Shown here: one piece after another, positions 8,641 to 15,546 of the stretch
How the letters are laid out: each line of letters begins with the position of its first letter
Numbering within the stretch: position 1 is the first letter of the stretch
Virus record (IMG/VR): IMGVR_UViG_3300030419_006726
Span: 1 to 64,000 of that record
DNA length: 64,000 bases
Reading direction: 5' to 3' (one strand)
Origin: a virus
Translations under genes and position numbers: made by a program
Notes under the pieces: generated by a model
Databases searched by the model: none
Seen by the model: the letters and a program-made list of their open reading frames with translations, nothing else
Told to the model about the DNA's origin: nothing

Positions 8641-8931
8641 ATGAGGGATGGCTTGGAGGCTGGCGACATCGTTGAGATGTTGGCTATTGAAGACCGTGGG
8701 ATTCTCGTTGAAAAAACGTGGACCCAAGCCACGTATGCAGGAGACATGGATTACCAGTTCGGGTACTATCTCGGCAAATCTCGCCGAGAAGAGGATCAAA
8801 TTGCAATTTGGAAGATCTTTTGGTTCAAGCGAACCGGCTCGGGTGGATATAATGTTGGATATTATTCTGATAAAGCCTTGCGCGAAAGCATAAAGTGTGG
8901 TAAGATTAGATTACATAAGAAACCGCTATAG
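8641..8931 (+). CDS. small KOW/SH3-like protein
   Basis: LEAGDIVEM..GILVE..WKIFW. Confidence 0.65.
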   Translation: MRDGLEAGDIVEMLAIEDRGILVEKTWTQATYAGDMDYQFGYYLGKSRREEDQIAIWKIFWFKRTGSGGYNVGYYSDKALRESIKCGKIRLHKKPL

Positions 8932-8938
8932 GAGTCGT

Positions 8939-9181
8939 ATGAACAAGCCAAGAACATGTGGGTATTGTTTTGAATCCGGCCATAATCGCCGAACATGCCC
9001 GCTACTAAACAAAAAAACCAAAAAAAAATATGAGGCCAATTTGGAAACTGCAATCGTAATGAGTGAACACACTAACTGGAAATGGCAATGGTGCAAGATT
9101 AAGCCTGCATCGATGCAAGTGATGGAAAAACTTAGTCCCGAGTTTGCTTGCTTCGAAGAAGCAAAAGCGTGGCTAGCGTAA
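8939..9181 (+). CDS. CCHC zinc-knuckle protein
   Basis: CGYCFESGHNRRTC; AGGAG SD before ATG 8939. Confidence 0.75.
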   Translation: MNKPRTCGYCFESGHNRRTCPLLNKKTKKKYEANLETAIVMSEHTNWKWQWCKIKPASMQVMEKLSPEFACFEEAKAWLA

Positions 9182-9277
9182 AAATGCTTGCGCTTTTTGG
9201 CATAAAAAATTTTCCGACACTATTTAACTTTGAATTTTCCCTCCCTTTATTTTGTTTTTTCATGAAAATTCAATCTC

Positions 9278-9308
9278 AAAACCCTCGGTGAATGCTGGGG
9301 GTTTTTTT
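9278..9308 (+). terminator. intrinsic terminator
   Basis: AAAACCCTCGG-tgaatg-CTGGGGGTTTT hairpin followed by a T-run. Confidence 0.75.
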
Positions 9309-9324
9309 ATTGCCTATATATTAT

Positions 9325-9576
9325 GTGGGCGAAAGGTACAAAATTGGAAGTTTAGTGAAGGTTGTGCCATTTTGGAATGCCACCGGCTCCGAAAAAATTG
9401 TAAGCGATGTAGGAATTATCGTATCTAATACTGAAACTTTGTGCGATCATCCCTTTTTCGATATATTCGAATACGAAATGGAGTGCGATGAGTGTTGTTA
9501 CAAGGTGTCGGTACGTGGAAAAATCTTCCTTTTTACTGATCTGGAATTGGAACTAATAAATGCGCCTGAAAAGTAA
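9325..9576 (+). CDS. small KOW/SH3-like protein
   Basis: YKIGSLVKV..GIIVS..LELIN; GTG 9325 lies downstream of the terminator. Confidence 0.65.
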   Translation: MGERYKIGSLVKVVPFWNATGSEKIVSDVGIIVSNTETLCDHPFFDIFEYEMECDECCYKVSVRGKIFLFTDLELELINAPEK

Positions 9577-9654
9577 CATAAAAATTTTACGAAAAAAAAT
9601 TCGCGATTTGTTCCGAAATCAGTTATATTTATAATATACAACAAGGATTATATC

Positions 9655-9969
9655 ATGGATAAAATCGAGGTCTTTTCCACAACGGCTTTGACTGACTTAA
9701 AAGTCGTACTTCAAACTAGACCAAAATTAACTATTGAGCAAAAAGATCAACTATATCACGCAATATTGGATTTGGTCGAAGAATTTGAACAATGCATGCT
9801 AGAGGATACAATCAATACACTCATCGAGCAGAGCACACAACACATTGTAACAGAGTCACTAGACTTGCAAGAAGAAGAAAATATCGAAGAGAAGGAAACT
9901 TATTTGGCCGATACTAGGTGCGAATTTCTCAAAATTGCAAGACCGGTCGATGAAAAGTATGATGACTGA
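9655..9969 (+). CDS. acidic hypothetical protein
   Basis: AAGGA SD; ORF track. Confidence 0.65.
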   Translation: MDKIEVFSTTALTDLKVVLQTRPKLTIEQKDQLYHAILDLVEEFEQCMLEDTINTLIEQSTQHIVTESLDLQEEENIEEKETYLADTRCEFLKIARPVDEKYDD

Positions 9970-10405
9970 TTATACTGTTTATGAAATTGGCGATCTGGTT
10001 CAATGGATCGATCCACTTTATCGTGTATACGATGAACCTCACCCAAGCGCCATGAAGGTTTATGGGATCGTTGTTGGATTTGATAAAGAGAATCCAAAAG
10101 TCTTTTGGTTTGATCGTCTAGATATGAATTCATATTTTATGTCTGCTAATGAAATCTCACTAGTCTCTCGTGCATCTGATAAAAAACACGTTCTTAAGGA
10201 GGAACAAATGGTTGTCAACTCAATCAGAAATCCATATCTTTATTATAAGATAAACAATATTAACTCAAACATAGAAAAAGATGAAAAAACACGCGACAAA
10301 CGATGGCTATGCGTACATTGCAAGGCCGGCGTTGTGTATAAGCTGCCGGCGCGATGTCCGGAGTGTGAAAAAATGTTAGGAGAAGAAATCAAGCGGAATA
10401 AGTAA
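9959..10405 (+). CDS. KOW/SH3-like protein with C-terminal CxxC..CxxC zinc ribbon
   Basis: YEIGDLVQW..GIVVG..KVFW; CVHC..CPEC. Confidence 0.65.
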   Translation: MMTDYTVYEIGDLVQWIDPLYRVYDEPHPSAMKVYGIVVGFDKENPKVFWFDRLDMNSYFMSANEISLVSRASDKKHVLKEEQMVVNSIRNPYLYYKINNINSNIEKDEKTRDKRWLCVHCKAGVVYKLPARCPECEKMLGEEIKRNK

Positions 10406-10453
10406 AAATCAAAGTTTTTTCTCTATATAATTTAGAGAGCGAGGCTTTCGTGA

Positions 10454-10744
10454 ATGGACGAGAAGAAAGATTACAGCATGTATACTTTGTCTGAGATCGA
10501 AAAGGTGATGAAAGAATCTCCGGAATCTCTTGTCGGAGAAACTCCGACTCACTATATATCAGGATCCGGCACAGCGTGGTATTTAGATCCAACCGCCAGA
10601 AGCATGAAATTGGTGATGCGCGGCGCGAACATCGTGACTAGTCCAAACTATGTTGATTCAAAAAATAGAGTATTGGCTTATTTTATAGATGGAAAAGTCT
10701 TACTTGTTCCAAGAGAAGAAATTATTGAATTAGGATATATGTAA
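10454..10744 (+). CDS. hypothetical protein
   Basis: ORF track; GAGG SD. Confidence 0.65.
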   Translation: MDEKKDYSMYTLSEIEKVMKESPESLVGETPTHYISGSGTAWYLDPTARSMKLVMRGANIVTSPNYVDSKNRVLAYFIDGKVLLVPREEIIELGYM

Positions 10745-10884
10745 TGCTTTACAAATTTGATCGATATTGGAAAATGTTCTTTATTATGCTGGGTGCCTGG
10801 ATTGTTAACGCAGTTTGTGGGTTTGAGTTTACTGTAGTTTCCCTGCTTACCATTATGGTTATGAACAGTCTTTTTTCAAGGTAG
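10744..10884 (+). CDS. 46-aa membrane protein (not in ORF track)
   Basis: TAATG overlap; MLYKFDRYWKMFFIMLGAWIVNAVCGFEFTVVSLLTIMVMNSLFSR. Confidence 0.55.
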   Translation: MLYKFDRYWKMFFIMLGAWIVNAVCGFEFTVVSLLTIMVMNSLFSR

Positions 10885-10916
10885 TTAACTAATTAAGAGT
10901 GTTGACAGGAGATCTT

Positions 10917-10962
10917 AAATGACGATTTCAAAAACACGACTTAAGCGAATCATTAAAGAAGA
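10917..10962 (+). repeat. 46-nt direct repeat, copy 1 (copy 2 at 11372-11417)
   Basis: identical AAATGACGATTTCAAAAACACGACTTAAGCGAATCATTAAAGAAGA. Confidence 0.9.
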
Positions 10963-11377
10963 GTTAAAAAAGTCTTTATATGAAGCACAGATGCCCGACA
11001 CGGTGTCTGTTGATCCGCAAGATTGTCCGGAAGGCCAAGGCTTTGGATCGCTAACTGGCAAGCCTTGTGCAGATTGGCTAGCCGGTAACAGCCCCCAAGC
11101 TAAAAAATATATTGAAAAACATGGAGATCCTGGCTGCACTCCTGGCGCTGGTTTTAGCCCGGTCACCGGTGAGAGATGCAAGCCCGGACAACCGGCCGCG
11201 GCGGCCGGGAAAGAAGCCGCCGGGAAAGAAGATGTTCAATCTGCAAAAGCAAAGAAAATGCAATTAAAATTGCAAAAGATGTTACAAAAACCAAACATAA
11301 AAAACAATCCAGAGGCAGTAAAAACGATTAAATCCCAAATGAGTAAGTTACAGTCGTATCTGTTAGATATAAAATGA
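10919..11377 (+). CDS. putative virion protein, IIKEEL N-terminal motif, two Cys-bracketed repeats
   Basis: MTISKTRLKRIIKEEL; CPEGQGFGSLTGKPC and CTPGAGFSPVTGERC. Confidence 0.75.
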   Translation: MTISKTRLKRIIKEELKKSLYEAQMPDTVSVDPQDCPEGQGFGSLTGKPCADWLAGNSPQAKKYIEKHGDPGCTPGAGFSPVTGERCKPGQPAAAAGKEAAGKEDVQSAKAKKMQLKLQKMLQKPNIKNNPEAVKTIKSQMSKLQSYLLDIK

Positions 11378-11820
11378 CGATTTCAAAAACACGACTTAAG
11401 CGAATCATTAAAGAAGAATTGTTGTCCGAAGCAATTGGCCCAGTAGATGGATCTGGTCTTAAAAGTGCCGGCGATGATCTCAAAGCTTCGATCGGACAAA
11501 TTGCTAGCACACTCGATGGTGCTGGCGAAGATGTGCGCACCGGCAGTATAACTGCTGCGGGGCAAGTCGCTTCTATAATGAAAATAATGCAAGAACTTGA
11601 AAAAATGGTTCGAAAATATGAACAACAGACCAATTACAGGCTTGATCAAGCAGAAAAATGGATCAACGGCCTTAAGAAAGATTGGATTTCAATTCGTCAA
11701 AATATCGCACAGATGGCGCCAAAAGATCATGATCATGGAGACGCTGCAGAGGAGCCCAAGGCTGCGCCGACAACCAGTGAAGAAGATCCTACAGCCGGTA
11801 TGCCTGATATTGGCAGTTAA
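11374..11820 (+). CDS. putative virion protein, IIKEEL N-terminal motif, coiled coil
   Basis: first 16 aa identical to the upstream gene. Confidence 0.75.
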   Translation: MTISKTRLKRIIKEELLSEAIGPVDGSGLKSAGDDLKASIGQIASTLDGAGEDVRTGSITAAGQVASIMKIMQELEKMVRKYEQQTNYRLDQAEKWINGLKKDWISIRQNIAQMAPKDHDHGDAAEEPKAAPTTSEEDPTAGMPDIGS

Positions 11821-11872
11821 GCTGACAACTAACTAATTAAATAAGAGTCTGATATCGAAAAGGAAAACAACT

Positions 11873-12181
11873 ATGAAATTTACAAAATCTGAACTTATCA
11901 ACATCATCAAAGAAGAGCTAGCCCACTTAAAAGAGATTGAAACAAAGGCATCTGATGCGAAAATGGCACAGAGAATTATTGATACCATGATTAAGCAGAA
12001 GAAGGGTGTGTTTGAGGCACTAGCAAAAAATCCAGTTGCAGCTAGACAAGTTGTTGGATATCTTGCTAGCATACTCAACGTTGACATGTCGGATACTAAA
12101 GCCCAACGTGCTGTCGGAGTACAGGCAAGAAGAATGGGCGCCGGAAAGGATGAGCAGCCCGAACCCGAAGTGGGCCCGTAG
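11873..12181 (+). CDS. putative virion protein, IIKEEL motif
   Basis: MKFTKSELINIIKEEL. Confidence 0.75.
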   Translation: MKFTKSELINIIKEELAHLKEIETKASDAKMAQRIIDTMIKQKKGVFEALAKNPVAARQVVGYLASILNVDMSDTKAQRAVGVQARRMGAGKDEQPEPEVGP

Positions 12182-12266
12182 GAATCTGGATCTAGAATAA
12201 ATAGAACAGCAAAAAGCAGTAAACTTGTGGTATAATCGATTCAGCTGATCATTTAAGGAGCTGAAC

Positions 12267-12626
12267 ATGCTGATACCACAATTTTTTCGAGATCAAACAA
12301 AAAGTATTCGAGGCGCCAACTTCGAAGAGAAGATTCAAACAGTTGCAAACAGGTGCAAGAAAGTTTACAAAGATTGTATATCCGCGTTTGAAGAAGGCAG
12401 AGACTTGACGCTGTATAGGCAAGACTTCGGAGACGAACATAGAATTTGTTATGATTTAATTTCATCGATTCAAACCCCAGAAGACGTTGAAGTTATAATC
12501 GATATTCTAGCAACTGTCCTCAATGAATCAGAAAGTGTCGGCCAAAAAGAAGCGCTGCGCTATATAATAACAGAGCTTCAAGTGGCGGTAGAAACAAGTG
12601 GACGACAAAAAAGTGCAAAAAGCTAG
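12267..12626 (+). CDS. hypothetical protein
   Basis: TAAGGAG SD; extended -10 TGGTATAAT at 12228-12236. Confidence 0.7.
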   Translation: MLIPQFFRDQTKSIRGANFEEKIQTVANRCKKVYKDCISAFEEGRDLTLYRQDFGDEHRICYDLISSIQTPEDVEVIIDILATVLNESESVGQKEALRYIITELQVAVETSGRQKSAKS

Positions 12627-12870
12627 AACAGCAGAGATTAATAAATATGTTCGCGAGATCAATGATGCATACTATAGAGATGGTTACTCACACCATGGAA
12701 TGCCAATGCCTTTAAATCAAACTTATTTATTCGATTATAGCATTGTTTGTCATTTTGATCCTGTAACATGTAAGACTGTAGAAATCGCATGCTTTGATCA
12801 CAATGATGCACTAAGTAGAATGAAAAATCTCTTATTGAAAGGAGTTTGCGCCTGGATTAAGCAAGAGTAA
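12598..12870 (+). CDS. hypothetical protein
   Basis: ORF track; overlaps the upstream gene. Confidence 0.6.
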   Translation: MDDKKVQKARTAEINKYVREINDAYYRDGYSHHGMPMPLNQTYLFDYSIVCHFDPVTCKTVEIACFDHNDALSRMKNLLLKGVCAWIKQE

Positions 12871-12873
12871 CAC

Positions 12874-13113
12874 ATGAAACAGAGAGAGCCGTTTGGAAGT
12901 TTAGCTGCAAAACACTTAAAAGTAGGCGATCTAGTATTGTGGAAAAACTATCGTAATGAAAAGTTAGGCGTTATCGTCAGTTTTGACATTAAGGTTCTTG
13001 GAGGGCGACCGGTTTCGGTCGCTCGAATTGTTTCTGCAGACGGCAGCTTTGGTCAAGCGGAAGTTTTTACAATTAATTTAAAAGTTATTTCCGAAGCCTC
13101 GATAGCGGAATAA
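12874..13113 (+). CDS. small KOW/SH3-like protein
   Basis: LKVGDLVLW..GVIVS..LKVIS. Confidence 0.75.
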   Translation: MKQREPFGSLAAKHLKVGDLVLWKNYRNEKLGVIVSFDIKVLGGRPVSVARIVSADGSFGQAEVFTINLKVISEASIAE

Positions 13114-13123
13114 TTATATATAC
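13106..13123 (+). repeat. 18-nt direct repeat, copy 1 (copy 2 at 13423-13440)
   Basis: CGGAATAATTATATATAC, each copy 1 nt before an ATG. Confidence 0.9.
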
Positions 13124-13124
13124 C

Positions 13125-13430
13125 ATGACTGATGAACAACTTATAGAAGTATTGAACGATGCTTATTACGATTACACCGAAGATACGACGGGGGAGTGGC
13201 TGGAACACTCTCTAACACGAGAGAACAATACTGAAATAGAGTTTGATAGATTGATGCGAGATCGCTCAGTCAGTGACGAGCGAGTCGCGCAGCTCAAATC
13301 TAATTATGGTCTAGACACAAGCCTTTCGGTCCCCGCGGCCCTAGAGCACTTTATCAATGCTCTTGGTGGCGAAAGGTGGTCCGCAGAAGAGGCTGCAGTC
13401 ATCCGCGGAAAAAGTACAGTAACGGAATAA
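13125..13430 (+). CDS. hypothetical protein bounded by the 18-nt repeats
   Basis: ORF track. Confidence 0.65.
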   Translation: MTDEQLIEVLNDAYYDYTEDTTGEWLEHSLTRENNTEIEFDRLMRDRSVSDERVAQLKSNYGLDTSLSVPAALEHFINALGGERWSAEEAAVIRGKSTVTE

Positions 13431-13441
13431 TTATATATACT

Positions 13442-13840
13442 ATGAACTACTTTGACGAAACAATATGGCGTGATTTTAAACACTTGATTAATGAGCACAA
13501 AAAGCCGCTTATGGAGGACGATCCTTCATACAGGCAATCAACATATGCTATCGACCTTAAGATAAGAATTGAGAAGCGTAAGGGTGGAAACAAAGAGCAA
13601 ACCCTGGATGAAATAAGGGGCATACCTTTTCTCACTGTTGTAAGTATTGTGCCAGATACATCATCAAGTGATGAGGCGGCATATTTAACAACCTTAAAAT
13701 GTAAATTTGCCCTAACACAAAACAAAGATCCAATGGCATATAAGCAGAATGTTTTAATTCCATCGCTGATCAATATAAAAGGACTGAGCATTAAATACAT
13801 CAATAATCCGTCACTACTCGCGAGGCCTCGACAAGCATGA
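13442..13840 (+). CDS. hypothetical (putative virion) protein
   Basis: ATG 13442 directly after repeat copy 2; WRDFKHLINE motif. Confidence 0.7.
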   Translation: MNYFDETIWRDFKHLINEHKKPLMEDDPSYRQSTYAIDLKIRIEKRKGGNKEQTLDEIRGIPFLTVVSIVPDTSSSDEAAYLTTLKCKFALTQNKDPMAYKQNVLIPSLINIKGLSIKYINNPSLLARPRQA

Positions 13841-14811
13841 AGTACGAAGTTCACAACAGATCAAATAAAGACATGTCAGACGTTGAGGGTATGATGCAGT
13901 CTTTTATGCCCTTCGCTCAGAAGCGGATTGGATTCAATAGACCACCGACTATCTTTTTTGATTCTGACGATATTAATGCGAAAAATGCTTTAGGAAAAAC
14001 TGGGTTTTACGATCCTGCAGACATGTCAATAACTGTTTTTGTCGACGGCCGTCATCCAAAAGATGTTTTAAGATCCCTCTCGCACGAACTGGTTCACCAT
14101 GGACAGAACTGTCGCGGGGATCTTGCTGCCGGCGGTGCGGGCGAGCAAGGATATGCTCAAAAGGACCCGCACTTGAGAGAAATGGAGAGGGAAGCTTACG
14201 AGGTTGGAAACCTCTGTTTTAGAGATTGGGAAGACAATTACAAACAACAAACTAATTATGTACAGATCGATGTTTCATTAAATGAAAACAGACAATTAAG
14301 GAGTAAAAAAATGGGAATCAACGATAAGAAATACAACACTCTCCACAAGGGATTGATGGAGCGTTGGGGTTATAAACTAACCGAAGAGGAAGAGGAACTT
14401 GAGGAGACTGCCACCGGACGCCGTAAAGATGGAGAGCGACGGCCGGAAGATCTTCGTAAGCGACCAATGGAAGAGTCTGATGATGTATTCGCACCTAACC
14501 ATTATTGCGTTCATCATGGAGGCGTCCAACACAACGGCAAGATTGAAATGGCTGAAGCTATTAATCACAATTACAATCTTGAGTTGTCTCGCGTAACTCA
14601 CTACGACATGAAATTGGCAGATGGAACTATTTTAGAAAATGTTGCCGCTGAAGATATTCAGGTTACAGAGGCATCGCTAGCAGAAGAGCACAGCCATCCT
14701 GCAAATCGCGACGATGACGACGATGACGACGACAAGAAAAATCTTAAAGAATCTGCGATAAGAAAAATCGTCCGAGAAACAATCAGAAGGAGACTTAAGA
14801 AAAATGGGTAA
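13837..14811 (+). CDS. HExxH zinc metallopeptidase-like virion protein
   Basis: LRSLSHELVHHGQ..EREAYE; acidic C-terminal half with an internal SD+ATG at 14311. Confidence 0.75.
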   Translation: MKYEVHNRSNKDMSDVEGMMQSFMPFAQKRIGFNRPPTIFFDSDDINAKNALGKTGFYDPADMSITVFVDGRHPKDVLRSLSHELVHHGQNCRGDLAAGGAGEQGYAQKDPHLREMEREAYEVGNLCFRDWEDNYKQQTNYVQIDVSLNENRQLRSKKMGINDKKYNTLHKGLMERWGYKLTEEEEELEETATGRRKDGERRPEDLRKRPMEESDDVFAPNHYCVHHGGVQHNGKIEMAEAINHNYNLELSRVTHYDMKLADGTILENVAAEDIQVTEASLAEEHSHPANRDDDDDDDDKKNLKESAIRKIVRETIRRRLKKNG

Positions 14812-15067
14812 ATCATTTAAAAGACGCTGGAACAAACAACGGCTCGCCCGTCTTAGGGCACTCCGCAAGCCAACTGACGAGATTATGATTGCCGGCGCAG
14901 CCGCCTCGGAAACCGTCAAAGAGATCATCGAAGTGCTTTCAGAACCTGAAAAGGTTGACACAACTGTAGCCGAAGATGCGCCTGTGCCGGTCGCGACGGT
15001 TGCTAAAAAACCACGCAAAAGACGAACAAAGAAGACTACCACAACTACTACATCAACGGCGGAATGA
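14804..15067 (+). CDS. basic low-complexity protein
   Basis: KKPRKRRTKKTTTT tail. Confidence 0.6.
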   Translation: MGKSFKRRWNKQRLARLRALRKPTDEIMIAGAAASETVKEIIEVLSEPEKVDTTVAEDAPVPVATVAKKPRKRRTKKTTTTTTSTAE

Positions 15068-15070
15068 TGC

Positions 15071-15283
15071 ATGGTTTATTTTAAAATAAAAAGACCATTT
15101 AATACGTCAAGATCTGGAAGTGTCAGGCGAACCAACTCTGGAAGTCGCACCAGATCTAATGGTTCGACCCGGGCGCCCACGAGGCGAACCACTGCCCGTC
15201 GAAGAACCAGCACTAGCCGCAACTCTCGTACCGGACAAGCCAGAACTAGAGCGATGGGCAGAACGAGAAGAGGAAGGTACTAA
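15071..15283 (+). CDS. protamine-like Arg/Thr/Ser-rich protein
   Basis: 70 aa, very Arg-rich, no acidic residues. Confidence 0.6.
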   Translation: MVYFKIKRPFNTSRSGSVRRTNSGSRTRSNGSTRAPTRRTTARRRTSTSRNSRTGQARTRAMGRTRRGRY

Positions 15284-15546
15284 TGTCTATTAATTTTAAT
15301 AACCTAACAAGAAGATTCTTACTTGGTGAAGAGAGATCTAAATCAAGTATATTTACATATATTCAAGGGCTACAAGAAACTCTAACAAATTTTACTCCAA
15401 GATCAAAAACTGAATCCCGTAGAGTTTCTATAGCCCGCGAACAATTGCGTGAGATTAAACGCTATGCTCGCAAACTTCAAAACGAAGTCGAGCTATTACA
15501 AGAAAAATTAAACGTTTTAGAAGAGCAAGTCGGACCTAAAGAATAA
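15283..15546 (+). CDS. coiled-coil hypothetical protein
   Basis: TAATG coupling; heptad pattern. Confidence 0.7.
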   Translation: MSINFNNLTRRFLLGEERSKSSIFTYIQGLQETLTNFTPRSKTESRRVSIAREQLREIKRYARKLQNEVELLQEKLNVLEEQVGPKE

